From the NCBI GenBank assembly GCA_016930515.1, contig JAFGGO010000172.1:1-55934 (forward strand): a stretch of DNA of 55,934 nt, read 5' to 3'. Shown piece by piece: positions 28,299-38,600 of the stretch. This DNA is from Promethearchaeota archaeon. GTDB lineage: Archaea > Asgardarchaeota > Lokiarchaeia > Sigyniarchaeales > SOKP01. A program made the position numbers and the translations under genes. The notes beneath the pieces are model-generated. The model saw only the letters and a program-made list of their open reading frames with translations. It did not search any database and had not been told where the DNA came from. Position 1 is the stretch's first letter; each line of letters starts with the position of its first letter.

Positions 28299-29897
28299 TT
28301 GACAGAAAAGAATGCGTGGATCTACGATTCTACCTTGAGAGAGGGAAGTCAAAAGACAGGATTGGTGTTCTCAATGGAAGATAAACTGAGGATCCTAGAA
28401 CGCTTAATCCACGACCTCCACATTCCAATGGTAGAAGCGGGTTGGCCAGGATCGAATCCTAAAGATATTGAGTTTTTTCAGAAAATAAAAGAAACGGGAT
28501 TGAATGGTACTAATGTTTATGCATTTGGTTCAACGCGTCGTAAAAATAGTTCTGCAGAAAGCGACAAGAGTATTCAAGCGATATTAAACGCGGATGTAAA
28601 AGGAGCGACTATCTTTGGTAAGACATGGGATTTGCATGTGGAAGCTGCGTTGGAAACTAGCCTCGAAGAAAACCTGGCTATGATAGAGGATACGATAAAG
28701 TGCCTGAAAAATAACAATCTTGATGTGATCTTTGATGCCGAACATTTCTTTGATGGATATAAGAACAACAGGGATTACGCATTAAAGTGCTTGAATGTAG
28801 CAAAAAAGGCGGGTGTTTCTTGGATTGTATTATGTGATACCAATGGGGGAATGTTGCCTCACGAATTAAGGCCAATACTATCGGATGTAAGGAATCACTT
28901 GGGAAACACGGAATTGGGCATTCACGCTCATAACGATACCGGGATGGCTAATGCGATGGCACTCGAAGCGTTTTTAAACGGTGCTAAGATGATTCAAGGC
29001 ACGATTAATGGTTTTGGAGAACGTTGCGGTAATACTGATTTAACAACGATCTTACCCGTTTTAAAGCTTAAAATGAATGTTGATTGTATTAGCGACGAAG
29101 ACTTGCAAAATCTCACCGAAGTTTCTCATTTCATTTACGAAATGGCAAATCTATCGGGCAATCCCGATCAACCTTTTGTTGGAAAAAACGCATTTTCTCA
29201 CAAAGGAGGAGTTCACGCCTCGGCAATTCTTAAAAATTCAAAAACATATGAGCACATTAATCCCGACAAAGTAGGGAATGTAACCGATATTAAGATTTCC
29301 GAATTAGCTGGTAAAAGTTCGTTACTCCACATGGCAAACAAATTCAATATTCCATTAACAGTAGATAGCCCTAAGATAAGAGTTATATTAGATGTACTTA
29401 AGGAGAAAGAACATCAAGGTTACTCTTTTGAAGGCGCAGAAGGCTCTTTAGAAATCCTGATGCGAAGCATGGACATGAATATTCAAGATCCGAATTATTA
29501 TCGCAACAAATTTTTCGAATTAGAGGGTTTTCGCGTTCTCACGGAAAAATTCAAAGATAATCTCATTTCGGAAGCAACCATCAAGGTCAAAGTCGGCGAT
29601 GAAAGGTTTCACACTGCTGCCGAAGGAAATGGTCCCGTGAATGCCTTGGACAATGCGCTCAAGAAAGCACTAGTGTACTTCTATCCCAGTATAAAAGAGA
29701 TTGATCTTTCAGACTTTAAAGTCAGGATCATAGCTCAGGCAGGAACGGCATCAGTAGTAAGAGTATTAGCAGAAACTCACGATCAAGAAAGCGCATGGGG
29801 AACAATTGGAGCTCACGAAAATATCATTGTAGCGTCGTGGGATGCTCTTGTTGACTCGTACATCTTTAAGCTCCTAAAAAATAAGGCGAATTGGTAA
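28299..29897 (+). CDS. cimA: Citramalate synthase (LeuA-related, bacterial-type CimA)
   Basis: YDSTLREGSQ, EAGWPGSNPKD, DAEHFFDG, HAHND, GFGERCGN, AFSHKGGVH, GNGPVNALD regulatory domain; TTG start with GAGG SD. Confidence 0.88.
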   Translation: MTEKNAWIYDSTLREGSQKTGLVFSMEDKLRILERLIHDLHIPMVEAGWPGSNPKDIEFFQKIKETGLNGTNVYAFGSTRRKNSSAESDKSIQAILNADVKGATIFGKTWDLHVEAALETSLEENLAMIEDTIKCLKNNNLDVIFDAEHFFDGYKNNRDYALKCLNVAKKAGVSWIVLCDTNGGMLPHELRPILSDVRNHLGNTELGIHAHNDTGMANAMALEAFLNGAKMIQGTINGFGERCGNTDLTTILPVLKLKMNVDCISDEDLQNLTEVSHFIYEMANLSGNPDQPFVGKNAFSHKGGVHASAILKNSKTYEHINPDKVGNVTDIKISELAGKSSLLHMANKFNIPLTVDSPKIRVILDVLKEKEHQGYSFEGAEGSLEILMRSMDMNIQDPNYYRNKFFELEGFRVLTEKFKDNLISEATIKVKVGDERFHTAAEGNGPVNALDNALKKALVYFYPSIKEIDLSDFKVRIIAQAGTASVVRVLAETHDQESAWGTIGAHENIIVASWDALVDSYIFKLLKNKANW

Positions 29898-29904
29898 TTT
29901 TCAA

Positions 29905-31044
29905 TTAAAAATAGATCGAAAATCGCTTTTTTATCAATTCGTCAACGCCCTTGAAATCCGAAACATCGATCAAGTTGTTCAGATCCTGAATATCTTTTAA
30001 TTCTTCTTCGAATTTAATTTCAAATTCTTTGGTGAAATCGTGCATCATTTGAGAAAGAACCTTGTTTAATCGATTGGTCATTACTAACACTGCAAATCCT
30101 TTCTCGTTGTTATAATCAACCATGATATCTGCTGATCTCGTTTTGAGCACGTCAATTTGATCTTTTTTGTCAATAAACTCGCCTACAATGTGATTTAATC
30201 CAATAACAATATTTCCCCAGATCGCTGATTCGATGTCGGGTGTTTCGTACTCGAACTTATAGGAATATAGGAGAACGCCTGATTTATGGTATATGTTTAT
30301 TGAATATACTTTGTTTGTTAAATTCAAGGCTAGATCGGGATTCTTTGCGAATAATATTGCGTTGAATAAATAACTAAAAAAAAGGAATACAAACTGCAGG
30401 TCCCTTAAAATTGGTAATTGTACGATTGCAAGTATGATTAAAAAAAATAATGGGATACATATTGTAATATTGCTGGCGAGTAATAACTTGCTAAAAGTTT
30501 TATTTCTCGAACGTAAATGGGTTGATATATTTTTATATGTAAAGACGAAAATTAAAAAAAGGCAAAATAGAATAATTGCGGAAGATAGATGTATTTGGAA
30601 CTTGTAGTTAATGAGTGATGGATTAAAAACGATAGTTCCACTTTGTAGAGTTTCGTCTATCGATACTGAAATAGGTGAAATAATTCCTCCTATAATAATT
30701 CCAAAAAAAATTGAAAATACTGAAAAAAATGGAAGATCTTTTTTCTGTTTTTGTTGCAGAGACGATAATATCAGCAATATACATTCGTAATTTGCAAATT
30801 GAAGCGTTAAAAACAATTTCCAAACGAATAAATTCACATCCTTAGAAAAATAAAATAAAATAGAACACACATAAGCAGTTGACATTAAAATTCCACCAAT
30901 TATGAATGATGCAAAAAAGAAAAACGATTTTTTTCCTAAATAGCTGGATTTATTGAACAATAAGAAGTATATCGGAAGAAAAATGGACATGAATAGAGAT
31001 GATAAATACACTATTATCAGTATGGCAAAAAATATCTCGTACAT
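29905..31044 (-). CDS. Multi-TM (about 7) membrane protein with C-terminal longin-like domain
   Basis: Hydrophobic N-terminal ~240 aa, then SINIYHKSGVLLYSYKF...GLNHIV...FAVLVMT...FEIKF. Confidence 0.75.
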   Translation of the reverse strand: MYEIFFAILIIVYLSSLFMSIFLPIYFLLFNKSSYLGKKSFFFFASFIIGGILMSTAYVCSILFYFSKDVNLFVWKLFLTLQFANYECILLILSSLQQKQKKDLPFFSVFSIFFGIIIGGIISPISVSIDETLQSGTIVFNPSLINYKFQIHLSSAIILFCLFLIFVFTYKNISTHLRSRNKTFSKLLLASNITICIPLFFLIILAIVQLPILRDLQFVFLFFSYLFNAILFAKNPDLALNLTNKVYSINIYHKSGVLLYSYKFEYETPDIESAIWGNIVIGLNHIVGEFIDKKDQIDVLKTRSADIMVDYNNEKGFAVLVMTNRLNKVLSQMMHDFTKEFEIKFEEELKDIQDLNNLIDVSDFKGVDELIKKRFSIYF

Positions 31045-31060
31045 GTTTATTCTTTCTGAT

Positions 31061-32176
31061 TTAATTATCTGTTACAAAAGGTTTAAAATTTTTAATTATT
31101 AAGTCTTTAACATTACTAAACTCTGAGATATCGATTAATTGGCTTAAGTTTGCGATTTTAATTAAACTTTCCTTATTTGTTTCGTTAAATTGTCTTACAA
31201 AATTTTTCATTGATTTTTCAATAATCGTGTTTTTTTTATTTGTAATGAGTAAAAGAGCATATCCAAAATTTTTATCGTATTCAAAAACGATATCCCTTTC
31301 CTTGACTTGTATTAGATTGAGCTGTCTTTGCTTGTCAATAATGTTTGAAATAATGTGATTTATTCCAATTAAAATAGACCCTTTTAAATAGATATCTTCG
31401 ATTTCTTCGTTTGTATCAAAATTATAGGAATATAACAATATTCCACTTTTTTGAAAAATAATGAAATCGTAAATTTTATTCGCATATGAAACAAATCTAT
31501 AAGGCTGTTTTATTAGAAGATATATTAAGGCAAGAAGTGAGAACAAATTAATAAATAAACTTAAATCACCCAATAGTGTTATTTTGGTATTCATATATGA
31601 TAAGAAAAATCCGCTAGAACACATCAAGAGTACGAAATAAAAAACAAATGCCTTTTCAAAATTAGTTTTTAACGGTTTTACTATTAATTTATATGATTTT
31701 ACAAAAATTAAAACAATTATTAATACATCGTAAAGAACAATTGCAATGGGCAAGAGAAAGATCTCAAAATCAGAAAATATAACTACTGAATTTATTGCCG
31801 TGTCCATTGATATGTGAGAATAGGAAAACGCAAGGATCAATCCAAAAAAGAAGAAGATTGTAAGCACGTAAATGGGCTCGATTTTCCTCACAGAAAATAC
31901 GTTAGAAAATAACACAAAAATCAATCCTAAAACTATTATCCTTGAAAGTATCATCAAAATCCATATATTTAGTGCCATTATTGGATCTTGAATCTCTAAA
32001 GATAAATTGTAAAATAATGGAAATGCAACTCCGGATATGGCATAAATACATGAGAATAAAATTGTATTTGATCTCAGGTAAAATTTTTCCTTATTGAAAA
32101 GGATGTGTCCAATCGCAAGTAAAGAAACGCTAATTGAAAGAATCGTGGGAAGAATACTGATTGTCATGTTTACCAA
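31061..32176 (-). CDS. Multi-TM (about 7) membrane protein with C-terminal longin-like domain (tandem paralog)
   Basis: FIIFQKSGILLYSYNF...GINHII...YALLLIT...LIDISEF. Confidence 0.75.
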   Translation of the reverse strand: MVNMTISILPTILSISVSLLAIGHILFNKEKFYLRSNTILFSCIYAISGVAFPLFYNLSLEIQDPIMALNIWILMILSRIIVLGLIFVLFSNVFSVRKIEPIYVLTIFFFFGLILAFSYSHISMDTAINSVVIFSDFEIFLLPIAIVLYDVLIIVLIFVKSYKLIVKPLKTNFEKAFVFYFVLLMCSSGFFLSYMNTKITLLGDLSLFINLFSLLALIYLLIKQPYRFVSYANKIYDFIIFQKSGILLYSYNFDTNEEIEDIYLKGSILIGINHIISNIIDKQRQLNLIQVKERDIVFEYDKNFGYALLLITNKKNTIIEKSMKNFVRQFNETNKESLIKIANLSQLIDISEFSNVKDLIIKNFKPFVTDN

Positions 32177-32362
32177 AATGTCAAATAAAATCGAATTTCG
32201 ATGTTAAAATTATGCTCTTGAATATTAAGAATTAAAGAGTTTTTATTTATATTTTTACCGAAACTAAAAAAAGAGTGAAAGATAAAAAAAATTCAATTAT
32301 TTGAGTAAAATAATTATTATTATTTAATATAGTTAAATTTTAAGATAGGGATTTAATTTAAA

Positions 32363-34231
32363 ATGAACAGATTTGGGATTTATCTGAATGAAAAACATGT
32401 TCTAAAGAAATTCATAAAATATTATCATATTAACGAACCAGAATTAAAATTATTAAATGAAATCGTAAGAGAATTAGTAAAAATTAATGGAAAAGATTTG
32501 AAACCAAGTCTGTTTGGAGAGATATACGAAAAGATCGTAAATTCGGAGAATCGAAAACACTTAGGAGAGTTTTACACCCCAGAAAAAATTGCTTGTTATA
32601 TAATGAACGCGGTTGGTTACGTTCCCGGAAACGATTTAGAAGTAAAATCTCTTATTGATTTTGGATGTGGTGCAGGTAGTTTTTTGATTGAGGCTACAAA
32701 AATTTTAATCTTGCATTGGAAAATTAAATTCAATATTAAAAGTCACCTAGATATATCGATCGTTGAGGCAAAAAAGATAATCGAAAATGTGCGAGAAAAC
32801 ATCGAAGGAATAGAGATTAATCCACTTGCCGCAATTCTCTGCCAATTAAGCATGCAACTTATCTTGTTTGACTTATATGAGCTAATAATCGCTTTAGATA
32901 AAGAATATTCTCTTCCAGAATTTAAAATATACAATGCATCAATCTTTGAAAAAGAATTATTTAGACAATACGATTTTGTCGTGGGAAACCCTCCTTATTT
33001 ATTTATACGGGATATTCCTGTAAAGCAAAAAATGGTAATTGAAAATCTCAATTTTGAAACACGAAAAGGACAATATGATTATTATCAATTGTTCATAGAA
33101 ATAGGAATAAAATTACTAAAAGAGGGCGGTTATCTTGGTTATATTGTTCCTGATTCTTTATTAACCCTTTCAAATAAGCGTATTATCAGACAATATATGT
33201 TCTCTCATACAAAAATAAAGGAAATCTTTCACACGGGCCCTAAATTTAATCATATTGGTGTATCAAACACTATCATAATACTCGAAAAAGAATCCCGGGA
33301 ACATGCCCGAAAAAACAATGAAATATTAATTAAATTAGAATCTAATAGCGAAGTTGATAAGAAGAATTTGAATCAAAAACAACTAATAAATTGGAATTAC
33401 GATTTTTTAATTCATCTCGGGGAAAACGATTATCAAATTCTTGCTTATCTAAATAACAATTTTCCGAAGCTGGGAGAATTAATCTTATCAAAAAATTATA
33501 CTCTATCCTTAAGTCGTGGAGTAGAACTTGGTAAAGAAGGCATAGTAGTATATTGTAGTTCATGTGGATGTTTCATCCCATTTCCTAAAAAAAAAACATC
33601 TTGTAAAAATTGTGGCAATAGTAATTTGAATCTTACAGATCAAGAAAAGATAGTAGTAAACAAAATTCCTGAGAACAATCAAGACCATTATAAGCCGTAT
33701 ATTTTTTCTTTAAATCAATATTCTAAAAAAAAAAAAAAATATATCAACATCTCAAAAAAAGGAATTAATTATAAACCATTAGAAATTTATCAAGATTCCA
33801 TCGTAATCAGACAAATATGTCAAAATAATAGGATTTGTGCGGCTTATAATCAAGAATCGTCCCTCACATCTCAATCGATTTACAATTTGAGAATTTCCCA
33901 TAGTCCAATTCCCGAATTCAATATTTATTATCTTTTAGGTTTAATTAATTCGATGTTGATGTCATATTTTTTCATAAAATCTTTTGGATCTTATAAAAAA
34001 ATGTTTCCAAGAATTTTAATTGAGAAGATCAGGAGTTTACCAATCAAGATACCACGACTTGATCGAGAAAAGGAACTTGCAGAAAGAATTAGTCAAGAAG
34101 TAATATACATTCTTAAATCAGATACATCGGATGAGCAAAAAGAGTCAATGAAATATATTGACGAATTAGTCATGGATTTATATGATATTCCGGCATTTTT
34201 TAAAGTCGTCATCCAAGATTTATTTTCTTGA
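32363..34231 (+). CDS. N6-adenine DNA methyltransferase (TaqI/Eco57I-like gamma class) with TRD and Zn-ribbon insert
   Basis: GEFYTP, DFGCGAGSF, VVGNPPY, YLLGLINS; CSSC...CKNC. Confidence 0.9.
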   Translation: MNRFGIYLNEKHVLKKFIKYYHINEPELKLLNEIVRELVKINGKDLKPSLFGEIYEKIVNSENRKHLGEFYTPEKIACYIMNAVGYVPGNDLEVKSLIDFGCGAGSFLIEATKILILHWKIKFNIKSHLDISIVEAKKIIENVRENIEGIEINPLAAILCQLSMQLILFDLYELIIALDKEYSLPEFKIYNASIFEKELFRQYDFVVGNPPYLFIRDIPVKQKMVIENLNFETRKGQYDYYQLFIEIGIKLLKEGGYLGYIVPDSLLTLSNKRIIRQYMFSHTKIKEIFHTGPKFNHIGVSNTIIILEKESREHARKNNEILIKLESNSEVDKKNLNQKQLINWNYDFLIHLGENDYQILAYLNNNFPKLGELILSKNYTLSLSRGVELGKEGIVVYCSSCGCFIPFPKKKTSCKNCGNSNLNLTDQEKIVVNKIPENNQDHYKPYIFSLNQYSKKKKKYINISKKGINYKPLEIYQDSIVIRQICQNNRICAAYNQESSLTSQSIYNLRISHSPIPEFNIYYLLGLINSMLMSYFFIKSFGSYKKMFPRILIEKIRSLPIKIPRLDREKELAERISQEVIYILKSDTSDEQKESMKYIDELVMDLYDIPAFFKVVIQDLFS

Positions 34232-34336
34232 TCAAATGAAATATATAATATAATTATGCGGATCCAGTCATAAAACACATTGGATCTTTTGAAATGATAC
34301 TTATGAAAGAGGAATCATTAAAATTCAATATAAATA

Positions 34337-34850
34337 CGTGAACGAGACTACATTAGTACTTGTGAGATTTACAATCACGATGGGATTGGATCACGGCGAC
34401 TTGACGAATTTTAATTCATATGAGCCAACCGAACCTTTGATCGAAAAAGCAATAGAATTTACCCCTGGAGTCGTGATCCCGGTCTAAATCACCGCGCTTG
34501 GTTTGCTTGTGGCTGGAAACTCGACCATATATTGCGCATGAGTCATTCATTTTCACTTTCTCTTTTTCTTGCTTGTCTTGGCGTTCTTCCAGAATTCTGA
34601 TTCATTCATTGAGAGGAAAGCGACGATACCCTCCCAAGGTTCTATAGCAGGTGATGAGTCCTTTATCATTCCATCTCCGGAGTGTTTTCACGCAGATACC
34701 CAAGAGTATGGCAGCCATTCCAATTGAATACATGACCTATCCCATTTGCAAGACAAATAAAAAGGATAAGATTACAGGGATGATACAAACATTTACATGA
34801 AGTCCAGATTTGTCAAGAAATCCCTCAACTATGAATTTACACACGATTCA
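34337..34850 (-). mobile_element. Internally deleted IS607 derivative; ends approximate
   Basis: tnpA remnant joined to a structured segment (inverted repeat 34388-34401/34469-34479); higher GC than flanks. Confidence 0.6.
34479..34733 (-). pseudogene. tnpA: Truncated IS607 TnpA serine recombinase with an internal stop
   Basis: MYSIGMAAILLGICVKTLRRWNDKGLITCYRTLGGYRRF (MerR-like HTH), TGA at 34602-34604, then CAIYGRVSSHKQTKRGDLDR; similarity ends there. Confidence 0.88.
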
Positions 34851-35063
34851 GTTACGTTCTTTATTTTTAAACACAATAATTTTTGTTTTTATTTATATTT
34901 ATTAATAAATGTTATAATATCGTATTTAAATCAATTTCGAGATTAATTAACAATTGAACATTTAACTGGATAAATATGAATTTGAATTATCCTTGAATTT
35001 AAATTGAAGAGAACTCTATAATTCATAGAAATATGTTAATGAGTTTAACTGCGAGGAGAAAAA

Positions 35064-35636
35064 ATGAAAAGAACTAGCAAGGTTACGAGGAAAACGGCAG
35101 AAACAAACATCTCGATCGAAATAAATATTGATGGTACTGGAACTTCTGAAATAGATACGGGATTCAAATTCATGGATCACATGTTAACATTATTGGCTAA
35201 GCATTCTGGTGTTAATTTAAAAGTATTCGCTTCAGGTGATTTAACCCATCACATTATAGAAGACATAGGTATTGTTCTGGGAGAATGCTTCGAAAAAGCT
35301 GTCGGGGAAAAGAAAGGTATCAATAGATATGGTTATTATTTCGTTACAATGGATGAGTCTCTTGCACGGTGTGTACTAGATTTTAGCGGACGTAAATCTT
35401 TGATACTGGACTTGAAACTAAACGAATGTAATATAGAAGACGTTGCGGTGGAAGACGTGAGGCATTTCTTTAACTCATTTGCAGAAAATGCGAAAATGAA
35501 TTTGCACTTGGCAGTGTTGTACGGAGAGGACCAACATCATAAAATTGAGGCGGCTTTCAAGGCATTTGCAAAAGCAATTAAAAACGCATTAACGATCGTT
35601 TCAGACGATATACCTTCGTCTAAGGGAGTATTATAA
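35064..35636 (+). CDS. hisB: Imidazoleglycerol-phosphate dehydratase
   Basis: RKTAET, FMDHML, HHIIED, MDESL, HHKIEAAFKA, PSSKGVL. Confidence 0.96.
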   Translation: MKRTSKVTRKTAETNISIEINIDGTGTSEIDTGFKFMDHMLTLLAKHSGVNLKVFASGDLTHHIIEDIGIVLGECFEKAVGEKKGINRYGYYFVTMDESLARCVLDFSGRKSLILDLKLNECNIEDVAVEDVRHFFNSFAENAKMNLHLAVLYGEDQHHKIEAAFKAFAKAIKNALTIVSDDIPSSKGVL

Positions 35637-35656
35637 ATTCAAAGTGTCTAACTGCC

Positions 35657-38600
35657 ATGAATTTCGATAATCTTGAGCTTACATTTATTCCTTCAAAGTA
35701 TTGGAACAAGCAAGAAAGTGGTTTTAAGCTATTAACAAAAGGAAAGGAAGTACCTAAAGATGTTAATTTTTTTTTACTCTGGATGCCTGCTGATAGCTCT
35801 CAAAAAGGCCTCGTGAAAAAAATTAACCGAGTGTTTCCAAATATTCCTGTTCAAAAATTATTAACTTGTGAAATCTTCCTTGCATTACCACCATCCCATT
35901 TTCAGGAGATAAATTCTAATATTAAAAAAGAACCCATCTTTAACATCCACACTATTAACGGAAAAATAATACCAATAGGCCCCATTACTAAATTGCTACA
36001 GGGATTGGATATATTCCATTCTGGAAACCGAAATCAAATTCGCTATAGTGGTTCTGTAAAGACTTGGGCGTTTCTCACGAAATTACTATTTGAACTGTTA
36101 AATAAAGGACAATTTATACCTATCTTAGAGCCAAGCGAGATAAAAGAGCAATTTTTGGGACAATGGAAAATCATTTTAAAAAGTGAAGTTGATAAAGTGA
36201 GATTTCAAACCATTGTTAACAACAGTTCTTTTCTTGCGTATAACATTCCCGCTAAAATTATCTCTCAAAATGGATCAAAGATAACTGAGGGAATTTGGCA
36301 TCCCTCGTTCATATTTTCACTTTTCTTAGATCTTATTGGTGATTATTTAATACGGTCTTTATTAAAACAAGCTAAATTTTCAACTTTTAAGGAATTTTAC
36401 AGTAGTGAAATAAAAACACACGCCCAAGAATATCAAAGGTCGGGATGGGATTACAGATTTTTACATTCTCTTTTAGAAGAAAATTCTACATTTCCAATCA
36501 CTGAATATTACGAGACAATCCTTCCGGGATTGATTGAAAATTGGTCTACTTCTGCTCGGGGATTTTCGTTTGGTCATGGTGTTTTATTCACATTCGAACT
36601 TAAAAATCCTCTCGGTCAGGGAGGAGATTGGCCTTTAGAATTTTCCATCTCTCCTCATTCCAAGGACGAGTCAATTTTATTAAATGATTATTGGAAGATG
36701 GATTCTAAAAAACAAAAATCGGTGTTATTTGAAGCGAATTCAGAAAATTCACCAATAGAAATGATATTAAGGGCATTGAGCTCAGCAGCTAAAATCTTTT
36801 CCCCTATAAAAAGGGCTCTTCAAGAAAAATATCCAAGTGGAATCAATCTGACTGCTACTGAAGTGATGGATTTCCTGAGATTTCCTAAAGATCTCATGAT
36901 ACAAAATGGATTTAATGTTATTCTTCCCAAAACATTTACATCTGGAGGTTCACAGCGATTATCTGCTCGCTTGGTTATAAAATCTAGAAAGGAACAACAA
37001 ACCAAGAAAGGCAGCTCTTCTTCAATTCCATCCGTATTTAATTTCAAATCGATGATTGAATACAAATGGGAAGCCACGCTCGGAGGAGAGAGAATTTCTG
37101 AAAAAGAATTTCAAAATTTAATAAACTCAAACGAACCTTTAGTAAACATCAAGGGGAACTGGATACTCGTAGATTCAAAAGATATTGAAAACCTTCGAGA
37201 GTTGTCATATTCAGGTGAAAAAACATATATTGAAGCATTAAAGCTTGGGCTCGCTGGAGAGATACAATTACAAGAAAATGGGCCTACCTATGAAGTAATT
37301 GTAGAAGGCGATCTTTCAGACATAGTACAAAAACTTCAATCTATTGAATCCATAAGAGATATTCCCTGTCCGTCAGGGTTTAACGGAAAATTAAGACCCT
37401 ATCAAGAAATTGCGTTATCTTGGATGGGAAATTTAAGCCCGCTCAATTTTGGATTATGTTTAGCAGATGATATGGGATTAGGAAAAACTATTCAAGTTAT
37501 TGCTTTCTTATTGCATCGTAAAGAAGTCCTAAAAAAAAACGCAAAAAGTGTCTTGATTGTCTGTCCAACTTCGGTTTTATTTAATTGGAATCGCGAGATC
37601 AAAAGATTTGCCCCTCAATTAAACATTACCGTTCATCATGGCTCTGATAGAACAAAAGACATTTCTGACATAAAGAATTATATTAAACCTCACGAGATCG
37701 TGCTTACTACATATGGAACTGTTCGAAACGATATTGGTATTCTTGGAGCAATTCCATTTGATGGAATCATCATTGATGAATCTCAAAATATTAAAAATTA
37801 CTCGTCACAACAAACGCAAGCGATCTTAAAACTTCAATCCGATTTCCGTATTGCTTTAAGCGGAACTCCTGTAGAAAATAGACTTTTAGAGCTATGGACT
37901 CTATTTGAATTCTTAAATCCAGGTCTTTTAGGCTCGAGAACGGAATTTCAAAATAATTATATTCTTCCTATCGAGAGATTTCAGGACCAAGATGCCCTTG
38001 AAAGGCTTAAAACCATAATTTCGCCTTTTATTCTTCGCAGGTTAAAATCTGATAAGACTATTATTAACGATTTACCCGATAAAAACGAAATAAAAATATT
38101 TATCGAACTCAGCGATGTTCAAGCACAGATTTATCGAGAAACTGTGGAATCTGTTTTCAAGGAACTAGATGCCCTAGGAGCTGATAAGAGAAAAAAGAAA
38201 GGTATTATTCTTGCATTATTAGTAAAACTAAAACAAATATGCAATCATCCATTTCAATTTACTAAACAAAAAATCTTACTTGACAATGATTTAGCCGTAA
38301 AGGATTTCATCTCACGATCAAGAAAGGTTAAGAGAATGACTCAAATGATAGAGGAGGTTATAGAAAACGGGGAGAAAGCCTTGTTATTTACTCAATTCAA
38401 AGAGATGGGCTCTTTATTAAAAAGTTTGTTAGAAAAATTATTTGATTTCGAGATTCTATTTTTTCATGGAAGTGTGCCAGAACAAAAAAGAAGAGAACTT
38501 GTTGATAAATTCCAATCGCAGGATATCGAAAGCCCTCCTATCATGATTCTTTCCTTGAAAGCTGGAGGAACGGGCTTGAATCTAACACAAGGTACAACTA

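Noticed and set aside
34602-34604. In-frame TGA in IS607 tnpA as a selenocysteine codon
   Set aside because: Non-catalytic position, the gene is also truncated, and no SECIS-like core follows; this is ordinary decay.
34960-35063. His leader peptide before hisB
   Set aside because: The short uORF found (MNLNYP) has no His codons.
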